Source of the DNA: a virus
Virus record (IMG/VR): IMGVR_UViG_3300001530_000094
Reading direction: 5' to 3' (one strand)
Length of the DNA: 64,000 nt
Position numbers and translations under genes: made by a program. This document shows positions 46,688-56,254 of the stretch, piece after piece. Under the pieces are notes generated by a model, which was not told the origin of the DNA, made no database searches, and saw nothing but the letters and a program-made list of their open reading frames with translations. Position 1 is the first letter of the stretch, and each line of letters opens with the position of its first letter.

Positions 46688-48026
46688 ATGTCAAGTGGAA
46701 CAAATCAAGAAAGAATAGAACAAAATAATTTAAAGTTAGCTCAATTGAAAACTAAGGCAGATAACTTACCAGAGTATCAAGACATAGAACCTATATATAG
46801 TAATGAAAATTTTTCATTATTTAAAACAAATTTAACCTATGCTAATAATAAGTATATAATATCAAATCTTGATAATAAATATATATCTTATTATATTAGT
46901 AATAATAATCCATATCATCATTATATTGCAAAAGTAAATAATGATGGTACAATTACTAATTTATTTTATAGACAAAAAGGGGAAAGTGGTAGTACTTATT
47001 CTATTGAATTAATTGATTATGATGATAACTATTTATATTTATATGATAGAAATGCTAATTATCGGTAGACAATGGAATTGGAAGATTCAAAGATTTAATC
47101 TATTAACGAATACTATGGAAAGTGATACTTATTGGACAGTTTCAGTAGATGCTAGCAACTGGTTTTATGGACAACATGCATTTAACAATTTAGGTAATGG
47201 ATATGTTCAGCTCACAGATTATGGTTATCCTATTTATAAACTAGATGTAAAAAATAAAGTACGTACCATAGTAAAAAGTCCTGCAAATGCAACTACTTAT
47301 TCATTAATGTTTAATTCCAATATAGTTGCAGCTAATGTGACTGGTACATACACATATATTGTACTTTTAAATTTATTAACTAAAGCGGAGTTAAAAGTAA
47401 ATGTGAATGCAAAAACATATAATGCAATATTAGTAAGTAATGATAGAGTTGTTATAAATAATAATTTATATGTTCTTAATGAGAATCTTACTACAGGTGA
47501 ATTAATTAAAGAAAATGTAATAGAAGGGTATGTAGCTAACGCAACTTGGCTCCTAAACATATATCCTAGCTATTATATGGAATATAATAGAGGTATTTTA
47601 TACTACTTTAATGAAGATACTAATATGTTTGAAAAAGTTTTAAATACTTCTGGTATTATGAGACAGGATTCCGGCTATAAGTCATATAATGCAAAAATAT
47701 GTAATGTAAGCAATTTATATAATATAGTCAAAGCTGATAACTCAGATAAAATTATAGGATATAAATATGATGGTATTACTATGATGTTACCAAATGGCTT
47801 AAGTACATCTTCTGATAAACTTTTAGTTGGTTCTTATCTATATAATAAATTTAATGTGGGTGTTGCCGGAACTATGCCTAATAATGGAGCACTAAATTAT
47901 ACACCATCTACTTCACAACAAACTATACCTGCAGGATATACCTCTGGAGGAACAGTAGCTGCAGTATCTATGACAGAGCAAGAGATAGAACAAGCAGAAA
48001 CTTTAGCAACAGATATACTAAGTTAA
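46688..48026 (+). CDS. Fibre-module protein, interrupted at a CGG (+1 shift needed)
   Basis: Segments 46688-47062 and 47064-48026. The context is tat CGG TAG in the zero frame, and +1 gives ...DRNANY-G-RQWNWKIQRFNLLTN... The shift fuses track ORFs 46688..47068 and 47013..48026. Confidence 0.6.
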
Positions 48027-48045
48027 GAAAGGGAGGCAGATAAGT

Positions 48046-48521
48046 ATGTCAGATTTATCAAGACTAAATAAAAACAATGACGATTTAGTAGAAGTTGAGC
48101 AAATGGCTGAAGAACTACCAGACATAGACCCAGATACAAGTACCGCAACTGCAACTGCCTCTGACATTATAGCTCGGTAAAACTGCGTGGGCAGTAAATA
48201 GAGAAATAACTGGTACTATTGGAGATTGTAGAAATATAGGAGATTTTTCTCTTATAAATTCTACAGTTAATATGTCAGACCCTTCACGGAATTAAAGTTA
48301 TAGGTAACTTAGATATTATAGAAAATACAGCCGCTTTTAGTAATACTGCTAACTTTATTTCTTTTGTAGGGTATGATAGATTAGCCATTTTACTTGGAAT
48401 ATATCCAGAGAAAATAAAAGCTGGTGAGGTAATTTCTGGCATAACTGGAATTTATGAAGGAGTAATGACTCAAGCAGAACTAAATGAATTGCTAGAGATT
48501 ACTAATGAAATACTAAACTAG
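48046..48521 (+). CDS. Tail-fibre-like protein missed by the ORF track, interrupted at two CGG codons
   Basis: Segments 48046-48174, 48176-48286 and 48288-48521. The product reads MSDLSRLNKNNDDL...TATATASDIIA-G-KTAWAVNREITGTIGDC...NMSDPS-G-IKVIGNLDII...EILN*. The zero-frame contexts are gct CGG TAA and tca CGG AAT TAA. Confidence 0.6.
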
Positions 48522-48537
48522 AGAGGAGGATTATAAC

Positions 48538-49680
48538 TTGATTAATATAGAACTTGGAAAAGGAGTAAATTTAGACAAAGACGGAAGAAACTTATATAGA
48601 TACTTACACAATGATTTACCCAGTGCAAATGAAATAACTATATGGGATAACGGTAAAGCAACTATAAAAAATATGTGTAATATGTTTAATAGTATGATTA
48701 ATCTAACTAATCTTAATATAAGTAATTTAAACACTTATAATGTGATAGATATGAGTAATTTTTGCAGAGGGTGTAATAATCTAAGAAGTCTTTCTAATTT
48801 TGATACTTCTAGAGCTACTAATATGAAATATGCATTTAAAAATTGTAAAAACATAACTTCTTTTGAGAATTATGATACTTCTAATACTTTAGACTTATAT
48901 GGAATCTTTGAAGGATGTACAGCGATTACTACTATACCTAATTATAATGTAATAAATGCAACTAACTTTAGTAATATGTTTAATGGATGTACAGCTTTAA
49001 CTTCTATACCAGAATTAAATACTAATAGAGCAATGCAGATGAGTAATATGTTTTCACAATGCAAAAACCTAACTACTATTCCACTACTAGATACACATAG
49101 AGTAACTAACATGAGTAACATGTTTTTAAATTGTAGTAAATTAAATAATATTCCTGAATTACTTACTTCTAATTTATCTAACATGGCATATATGTTTGCT
49201 TATTGTGAAAATATTAGCACTATTCCTAACTTAATAACTACTAATGTAAGCAATATTTCTGGAGTATTTTTTGAGTGTAAAAATTTAACTCAAGCTCCTA
49301 ACATTAATACCTCTAAAGTAGAAGATGCAAGTGCAATGTTTTATAACTGTATTAAATTAGTTAATGCTCCACTTTATATTTTTACTAATACTTTAGAGAT
49401 GGACACTATGTTTTATAATTGCACATCATTAGAAAGAGTTCCAATTTATAACACATCTAAAGTAACCAACATGAGTAAGATGTTCTATAGATGTAATAAT
49501 TTAGTTAATGCAAGTATACAAAATATAATAAGTATGTGTTTGAATAGTAATATTACAGATACAAATCAAATGAATCTTAATAATGCAAATCAATATAGTC
49601 CATTTAATGGAACTAAATTCAATGCAAGTTATTATGAAAATAGATACAATGAGATAAATGCAGCGGGCTGGAAGTACTAA
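48538..49680 (+). CDS. BspA-type LRR protein, paralogue 2
   Basis: TTG start after GAGGAGG. It has ~12 LRR units and the C-terminal module NASIQNIISMCLNSNIT...YYENRYNEINAAGWKY. Confidence 0.65.
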   Translation: MINIELGKGVNLDKDGRNLYRYLHNDLPSANEITIWDNGKATIKNMCNMFNSMINLTNLNISNLNTYNVIDMSNFCRGCNNLRSLSNFDTSRATNMKYAFKNCKNITSFENYDTSNTLDLYGIFEGCTAITTIPNYNVINATNFSNMFNGCTALTSIPELNTNRAMQMSNMFSQCKNLTTIPLLDTHRVTNMSNMFLNCSKLNNIPELLTSNLSNMAYMFAYCENISTIPNLITTNVSNISGVFFECKNLTQAPNINTSKVEDASAMFYNCIKLVNAPLYIFTNTLEMDTMFYNCTSLERVPIYNTSKVTNMSKMFYRCNNLVNASIQNIISMCLNSNITDTNQMNLNNANQYSPFNGTKFNASYYENRYNEINAAGWKY

Positions 49681-49729
49681 AGATAAAAGATAAAGTTTTT
49701 AAAATAACTAAAAGAAAGGAGATACCTAA

Positions 49730-50830
49730 ATGAGTTCTAATTTGATAGCAGATTTAACTCAGGTTAACCTGATAAAGCAAAATATAAAGAATGCAATAAT
49801 TAATAAGGGGCAGACAGTAACTAACTTTCTAAGTTATCCTGGTGCTATAGAAAATATACAGAGTGGTGGTAGTGGAGAAGGAGATATTGCACTTTATAAA
49901 AATATTTCAGAGATGCAAGCCAGCACTGCTAATGAAGGAGACTTAGCTCTAGTATATAGCACGAATAATTTACAAGCTTTATGGCAGTATACAAACAATA
50001 GTTGGGAATTAGCTACAACTGGATTAACTGCTAATAGAGAATATGTAAATTCAGCTAAATTTTGGGGAGCTAATGGAGTAGAAACTGGTGTGCTACAAGT
50101 AAACAATAATCTAACTACAGAACAAGTAAAAATAAAAGCTCAAATATATAATGATTTAAGCTATTTAGAGTTAGACCCTAATATTAATTCTCTGCAAGGA
50201 GTATATTATAATAAAATGAATAGGAGGTCACAAGGATATAAAGGTGAGACTCTTCCATTTATTAATTGTCCTTATGTAACTAACATGAGTCAATTTATGT
50301 ATCAATCTCATCTTAAATCTTTATCAGGATTTAATTCAATTAATGTAACTAATATGAGAGAATTATTTGCTTATTCAACTAATTTGAAAAATGTACCGCT
50401 TTTTGATACATCTAACTGTGTAGATATGCAAAGTATGTTTGTAGGATGTTCTGTATTATGTGATGTTCCTAATTTTAATACTATAAATTGTACTAATACT
50501 GTTGGTATGTTTGAGTCTTGCTATAATTTAACAGAAGCTCCAGAACTAGATTTATCAAATGTACTAAATGTAAATTATATGTTTCAAAGTTGTAATCATT
50601 TAATTAATATACCTATGTTTAATATATATAAGGCTACAAATGCTCATCAAATGTTTTATTATTGTAATAATTTATCAAATGAGGCTTATGCTAATATAGC
50701 TAATTCTCTTCCTAATATTACGAATTTATCTAATCATTATATATCAAATTTAGGTTTAAATATTAATAAATTCACAAATGAACAAATAAATATATTAAAT
50801 GTAAAAGGTTATGTAGATGCTATAATCTAA
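49730..50830 (+). CDS. BspA-type LRR protein, paralogue 3
   Basis: The N-terminal module LIADLTQVNLIKQNIKNAIINKGQTVTNFLSYPGAIENIQ is followed by LRR units. Confidence 0.6.
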   Translation: MSSNLIADLTQVNLIKQNIKNAIINKGQTVTNFLSYPGAIENIQSGGSGEGDIALYKNISEMQASTANEGDLALVYSTNNLQALWQYTNNSWELATTGLTANREYVNSAKFWGANGVETGVLQVNNNLTTEQVKIKAQIYNDLSYLELDPNINSLQGVYYNKMNRRSQGYKGETLPFINCPYVTNMSQFMYQSHLKSLSGFNSINVTNMRELFAYSTNLKNVPLFDTSNCVDMQSMFVGCSVLCDVPNFNTINCTNTVGMFESCYNLTEAPELDLSNVLNVNYMFQSCNHLINIPMFNIYKATNAHQMFYYCNNLSNEAYANIANSLPNITNLSNHYISNLGLNINKFTNEQINILNVKGYVDAII

Positions 50831-50892
50831 TTAAAAGATAAAATATTAATTATATTAAGAAAATAATTTAAGAAAGGAGAGAATCCTTAAAA

Positions 50893-52812
50893 ATGAGTAA
50901 TAATTTAATTTCAGATTTAACTCAGATTAATACTATAAAGACTGACATAAAGAATGCAATAGAAAATAAAGGGCAAACTGTAACTAACTTCAATTCTTAT
51001 TCTAGTGCTATAGAGAATATAGTAACTGGAGGCGGAGGAGTAAAACAATATGACTCTTTAGAAAATATGTATGCTGATATTTCTAATGCTCATAATGGAG
51101 ATTTGGCGACTGTATATGCTAGTTCTCAAGCTGGTATTACAGAGACTACAGAATTTCAAGTAGCAACTTTTCCACAGACAGTAGTATTAGATACAGTTGT
51201 ATCAGATTATGTTGAACTAAGATTTCAAGCAGTAGATGAAAGTATAATGTTTGATTGTATGGGTCAATTAGATAATGAATATTTTAGGATGGATTGTTAT
51301 ACAGATGATGAAAATATAAGAATAGAATACGAAAGTCAAGATGGATTAACTTATACTAGAACTAGATTTATGAAGAATGATGAAGATGTTTCTGGAAATG
51401 AAATGGATTTTGGAACATTAATAAAATTTGGCAATAGATGGGGAGAGTCAGAATTTAATCCAGTGATTAGTAAATTTATTATTTCAGGTTCAACTGTATT
51501 TGATGGGGTATTTCAATATAATGGAACTAATTTTAATTTATTATCTAATACAGGATTGAATGCTAATCCAGAAACTTTATGGGATGGTAAATTTTATGGA
51601 GCTAATGGAATACAGAATGGAACTTTAAGTCAAGCTACTAATCTAAATTTACAACAACTAAAAGATAGAGTTAATTTATATAGTAATATAAGTAATTTAG
51701 CTTTAGATGAGAATATAAATAACGCATCATTTTTATTTCAATATAAATATAATATTACGAATGTACCTAATATAAATACTTCTAATGTAACTGATATGAG
51801 GAGTATGTTCGAATATTGTAACAATTTAACTACAGTACCTAATTTTAATACTTCTAATGTTACTACTATGGAATCTTTATTTTATGGATGTTCAAACTTA
51901 ATTAGCGTACCTAATTTTAATACTTCTAACGTTACTAGTATGTATGGAACATTTTATGGATGTAATAATTTAACTAGCATACCTAATTTCAATACTTCTA
52001 AAGTTACTCTTATGACTCAAATGTTCTATGGTTGTAACAATTTAGTTGCTATACCTAACTTAGATTTTTCTAGTGTCAATAAATTATGGGAATCATTTTA
52101 TTACTGTGCTAATTTAACAAGTATACCAGAATCATTAGAAATGGCTAATAATATTACTGAAGTATTTTCTGCTTTCGGAAGTTGTCACTCTATTACAAGT
52201 ATACCTAATATAAATTTGTCTTTAGTATCTAACATTGAGAAATTATTTATATATTGTAGTAATTTAGTTAATATTCCTAATATAAATTTTTCTAATGTGA
52301 AAAAAGCAAGTCAAGCCTTTGCTGGTTGTAGTAATTTAACAAATCTTTCAAACGTAGATTTTTCAAATGTTGTTAATTCAGAAAGCATGTTCTCTGCTTG
52401 CACTAACCTAGTAGACATATCAGCCTTAAGCTTTAACTCTCTTGTAAATGCTATGTATATGTTCTCTGGATGTGATAATCTAACAAATCTACCTAGTATT
52501 GACTTAAAAGGTGTAAAAAATGCCTCTGGTATATTCTTTGGATGTACTAACTTAGTAAATATACCTATATTAAATATGAATAATGTGACAGATGCAACTA
52601 ATATGTTTTATAATTGCAATAGTTTATCACCGAGTACTTATTCTAATATTGCTAATATGTTACCTAATGCAAATCAATTTGACCCATATAATCGTTTATT
52701 GTCATATATGGGATTAAATGTGCAGAATTTTTCATCTTCTGATAACTCTATTTTAAAAAATAAAGGTTATCTTGAATACCAGCCTAATTATTATACTATA
52801 CAATATACATAG
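50893..52812 (+). CDS. BspA-type LRR protein, paralogue 4 (largest)
   Basis: The N-terminal module LISDLTQINTIKTDIKNAIENKGQTVTNFNSYSSAIENI is followed by more than 12 tandem units of NFNTSNVTxMxxxFYGCxNLxSIP. Confidence 0.65.
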   Translation: MSNNLISDLTQINTIKTDIKNAIENKGQTVTNFNSYSSAIENIVTGGGGVKQYDSLENMYADISNAHNGDLATVYASSQAGITETTEFQVATFPQTVVLDTVVSDYVELRFQAVDESIMFDCMGQLDNEYFRMDCYTDDENIRIEYESQDGLTYTRTRFMKNDEDVSGNEMDFGTLIKFGNRWGESEFNPVISKFIISGSTVFDGVFQYNGTNFNLLSNTGLNANPETLWDGKFYGANGIQNGTLSQATNLNLQQLKDRVNLYSNISNLALDENINNASFLFQYKYNITNVPNINTSNVTDMRSMFEYCNNLTTVPNFNTSNVTTMESLFYGCSNLISVPNFNTSNVTSMYGTFYGCNNLTSIPNFNTSKVTLMTQMFYGCNNLVAIPNLDFSSVNKLWESFYYCANLTSIPESLEMANNITEVFSAFGSCHSITSIPNINLSLVSNIEKLFIYCSNLVNIPNINFSNVKKASQAFAGCSNLTNLSNVDFSNVVNSESMFSACTNLVDISALSFNSLVNAMYMFSGCDNLTNLPSIDLKGVKNASGIFFGCTNLVNIPILNMNNVTDATNMFYNCNSLSPSTYSNIANMLPNANQFDPYNRLLSYMGLNVQNFSSSDNSILKNKGYLEYQPNYYTIQYT

Positions 52813-52825
52813 AGGAGGTTATGTT

Positions 52826-53464
52826 ATGGCTACTATTACAGTAAATAAAGGACCAGATTATGATGTTGGAGCTTATAATTTACGTACTAATATAAATAAA
52901 TTAAATACTTATAAAAATATCACTATAAAGGATGAAAGTAATGTAGGAGTAGTTGCAAGTTTAGATTCTCTTTTTGAAAATATGGTTAATGTAGTTAATA
53001 TAAATATACAAATGAATACTTCTACAGTGAGCGGCTGTTGGTGTATGTGTTATAACTGTACGAACTTAAAAAGTATTTCCAATTTTAATACTTCTAATGT
53101 AACTAGCGTAAGTGGAATGTTCAGTAATTGTGTAAAATTAGTGAGTGTACCAAACTTTGATTTTAGGAAGGCCACAGATTTTGACTGCTTTAGAGGTTGT
53201 AGAAATCTTAGAGATTTACCTCAATTTAATTTACCTAATTTATATAGTAATGGGTTAATACAAGCTTTTGCTAATTGTAATAATCTATCAAATGCCAGCG
53301 TACAAAATATAATAAATATATGTTTGAATATGACTAATGTTTCATCTGGGTATATGAATTTAAACACTTTTAATTGGAATAGTCCTTTTTGTTACACAAA
53401 TATAGTAAATACACGTTATCAGAATCGTTGGGCAGAATTAAATGCTAAAGGATGGACATACTAA
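52826..53464 (+). CDS. BspA-type LRR protein, paralogue 5 (short)
   Basis: The ATG at 52826 follows GAGGAGG. The C-terminal module is NASVQNIINICLNMT...YQNRWAELNAKGWTY. Confidence 0.6.
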   Translation: MATITVNKGPDYDVGAYNLRTNINKLNTYKNITIKDESNVGVVASLDSLFENMVNVVNINIQMNTSTVSGCWCMCYNCTNLKSISNFNTSNVTSVSGMFSNCVKLVSVPNFDFRKATDFDCFRGCRNLRDLPQFNLPNLYSNGLIQAFANCNNLSNASVQNIINICLNMTNVSSGYMNLNTFNWNSPFCYTNIVNTRYQNRWAELNAKGWTY

Positions 53465-53524
53465 AATAATTTAAGAAGTTATAAATTATAATAAGGGAAT
53501 AAATAAGAAAGGAAGTAAAAAGAA

Positions 53525-54571
53525 ATGATTGATGTAATTATACCTGCTTATAATAGTCAAGATACAATAATTAGAACTCTTGCTAGTATAGCAATGCAAT
53601 TAAATAGAAATGAATTAAAAGTAACAATAGTAAATGACGGAGGAAAAGACTATAAAGATATAGTAAATACTTTTTCACCTATCATAGATATAAAAGAAAT
53701 AGGATATGAAATAAACAGAGGACCAGGATATGCAAGACAATATGGTATTGATAATACCAAAGAAGATTTTATAACATTTATAGATGCAGATGATACTTTT
53801 TATGAGGCTTGTTCTCTTAGTATGTTAGCTAAGCCTCTTAAAGATACTTCAGCTAAATTCATAATAAGTCCATTTATTCAAATAGGGAAAGAAGTAGGGC
53901 AACAAGCTCCTATGCAAGCAAATTTAGTATGGGTTTTCGGACACATGTATAGAAGAAGTTTCTTACAAGAACACAACATTAGATTTACAAGTACTCGTTC
54001 TAATGAAGATGTTGGATTTAACAACATGTGTAATCTTATTGCTCAACATGATATGGGAGCAGAAGGTGGAAAAATATTAAATGTTCCAACTTATGAATGG
54101 CATTATAATGAAGTATCTATTACTAGAAGAGGTAAAGATGAATATGAGTATGGTATTTGTACTCCAGGGTATATCTTTAATCTACATCATGCTTACGATG
54201 TAGCTCAAAGAGAAGGAGTTCCTCTTAAAAATATAGCTCCAGCTGCATTAGAAACAGCATTCAGTTGTTTTATCTATTACAACGTAGCTTTAGCTAAAGA
54301 AGTTCCACCTGAAACTCTAGCAGCTATAGAAGAATTAAGTAGAAAGTTCTATTATGATTATTATAAACAAATACAACAATATATATCTAAAGATGATTAT
54401 AAACTAATGTATACTAATTCTATGAATAGTAAAGGTACACATTTACAAGGAATAATTTTTAAACAAACACTAGACCAGTTTATAGAATTAATGTTTAGTA
54501 AAGAACCAGACACAGTAACTTACAAAGAATTAGAAGATAAAGTACAAGGAATAGCAGAACAATTAAAATAA
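53525..54571 (+). CDS. Family-2 glycosyltransferase
   Basis: VIIPAYNSQDTIIRTLASIAMQ, a GPGYARQYG block, and DADD (DxD). Confidence 0.75.
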   Translation: MIDVIIPAYNSQDTIIRTLASIAMQLNRNELKVTIVNDGGKDYKDIVNTFSPIIDIKEIGYEINRGPGYARQYGIDNTKEDFITFIDADDTFYEACSLSMLAKPLKDTSAKFIISPFIQIGKEVGQQAPMQANLVWVFGHMYRRSFLQEHNIRFTSTRSNEDVGFNNMCNLIAQHDMGAEGGKILNVPTYEWHYNEVSITRRGKDEYEYGICTPGYIFNLHHAYDVAQREGVPLKNIAPAALETAFSCFIYYNVALAKEVPPETLAAIEELSRKFYYDYYKQIQQYISKDDYKLMYTNSMNSKGTHLQGIIFKQTLDQFIELMFSKEPDTVTYKELEDKVQGIAEQLK

Positions 54572-54600
54572 TACAAACTTCGAAAGGAGAAAAAGAAAAT

Positions 54601-55851
54601 ATGAAGATTTTACCTAGAAGAATTTCAAAGATGACTACTATTTCTACATCTCCAGGTGTAAACTATGGACTACATATAGATGCTGTAGATAAAGACAAAA
54701 GCATTATGATACTAGGTAAGAAACTAAATGAGAATGTAGATGAGACTATACTAAAAGACTTAGTAGATAAGTATGCTTATGCTTCAGCACTATTATATTT
54801 TGCTGAGAATTTTAAAATCATAGACAATATAAACAAAAATGATTTACTAGAAGATATAAACGTATTATTGCATAGTAGATGTAGAGTAGTAAAAGAAAAA
54901 GCTCCAGAGTTGGTTAAAATAGGAGAATATCCTCTTTATGAAGGAACTAATTATATACTTCGCGGAGATGGAGAAAATAAGATAAGAGAGTGTTTTAATC
55001 TTAAGGAAGATATAGAAATGGGAGATATTTCTATGGACTATTTGAATAATGCAGAGGTAGATGAAGTAATTAAGAATTTTGTAGTGTGTCCTCATTGTAA
55101 AAATGTATATGAAGAAAGTGCTATAAAAATAGATTATCCAGATATTCCGGATGATTACACTGGCCCAGTAGATGATGAACCTTTAGGGTATGAATGTCCT
55201 TATTGTGGATTTCATTCAGTTAATGAAGAAAGTTTCTCGGATGCTTGGTTAGATGATTTAAAAGATGCTCCTAACATTGGAGAATACTTAGATATTCCTA
55301 TCAATGAAGATGCAGGAACTCAAGCTTCAGACATAGCTGCTAAAGTGGACTACACTTTTCAATCAGCTCCTACTCCAGCTAATCCTGGAAAAAAGAAAAA
55401 GTTTGAAGCTGTAGAAATAAAAGAATTAGATGAAAGTACTCACTTAAATCTAACTGGTTTTATAAAAGATGTAAACGGACTTTATAGAAGAGGAAATTAT
55501 GTAGTAGTCAAAGAATCAGATACTAATAAAATAACTGTAGTTCATCAGTCTAGACTTAATGAAGAAATAGAAGATGTAAAAGAAGAACCAATTACTTCAG
55601 AATCTATAGCTAAAGAACTTGAAGATAAATTAAATCAAGTATATAAAGACAGATTTAAAATAAAAACTACACCTATAGATGAAGCTTATGCTTTAGTAAT
55701 AACTGATAATAACAAAAATAATGCTAATGATTTAGTAGAAGTTACAGACACTGTAAATTCAGCTCTAGAGTCTTTAAATTATTCTAAAAAAGATTATGAA
55801 ATAAACTATAAAAGAAACAATCTAGTAGTAATTATCTACAAAACTAAATAA
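54601..55851 (+). CDS. Hypothetical protein with a central zinc ribbon
   Basis: CPHCKN...(x37)...CPYCGF. Confidence 0.4.
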   Translation: MKILPRRISKMTTISTSPGVNYGLHIDAVDKDKSIMILGKKLNENVDETILKDLVDKYAYASALLYFAENFKIIDNINKNDLLEDINVLLHSRCRVVKEKAPELVKIGEYPLYEGTNYILRGDGENKIRECFNLKEDIEMGDISMDYLNNAEVDEVIKNFVVCPHCKNVYEESAIKIDYPDIPDDYTGPVDDEPLGYECPYCGFHSVNEESFSDAWLDDLKDAPNIGEYLDIPINEDAGTQASDIAAKVDYTFQSAPTPANPGKKKKFEAVEIKELDESTHLNLTGFIKDVNGLYRRGNYVVVKESDTNKITVVHQSRLNEEIEDVKEEPITSESIAKELEDKLNQVYKDRFKIKTTPIDEAYALVITDNNKNNANDLVEVTDTVNSALESLNYSKKDYEINYKRNNLVVIIYKTK

Positions 55852-55855
55852 TTGT

Positions 55856-55896
55856 AAATAGTATGAGTTTTCCTTCTTTCTCATACTATTTTTATG
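55856..55896 (+). terminator. Rho-independent terminator ending the late block
   Basis: AAATAGTATGAG / CTCATACTATTT 12-bp stem (55856-55867 / 55880-55891) followed by TTT. Confidence 0.75.
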
Positions 55897-55904
55897 TCTT
55901 ATAA

Positions 55905-56032
55905 TTTAATCTCAATTTTAATTTTTATAAATTTTGTTTAATCTCATTTTTAAATCATAATATCACATTTTTAATTTCATGTTTAATCTCAATAATTTTT
56001 GAAATGGGTAAATTTACTCTCACTAAATCTCA
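55905..56032 (+). repeat. Iteron-like direct repeats TTTAATCTCA
   Basis: Exact copies at 55905-55914, 55937-55946 and 55982-55991. Variants are TTTAATTTCA at 55970-55979 and TAAATCTCA at 56024-56032. The first three units in positional order (55905, 55937, 55970) are spaced 32-33 nt apart. Confidence 0.55.
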
Positions 56033-56117
56033 GACTAATTTTATAAAACTCATCTTAAAACTATCTTAAATTTACAAACCACCTTAGTAATATTGGAGAT
56101 TTAAGTGCTTCTGAATT

Positions 56118-56139
56118 GAATATTTTCATGAAAATATTC
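56118..56139. promoter_or_regulatory. Perfect 22-bp palindrome (operator-like)
   Basis: GAATATTTTCATGAAAATATTC is its own reverse complement. Confidence 0.5.
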
Positions 56140-56194
56140 TGTGGTAACATTTATTAATTCGAGTTTAATTAAGAAATCAAGTTTTAGAGCTATA

Positions 56195-56208
56195 CGCGCG
56201 CACGCGCG
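56195..56208. other. Alternating CG tract CGCGCGCACGCGCG
   Basis: A 14-nt, almost pure alternating C/G run in a ~25-30% GC genome, 47 nt upstream of the ATG at 56255. Confidence 0.5.
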
Positions 56209-56254
56209 AGAATAAATAGAAGTTCATGCATAAGATTTATAAAGAGGTGAAGTT

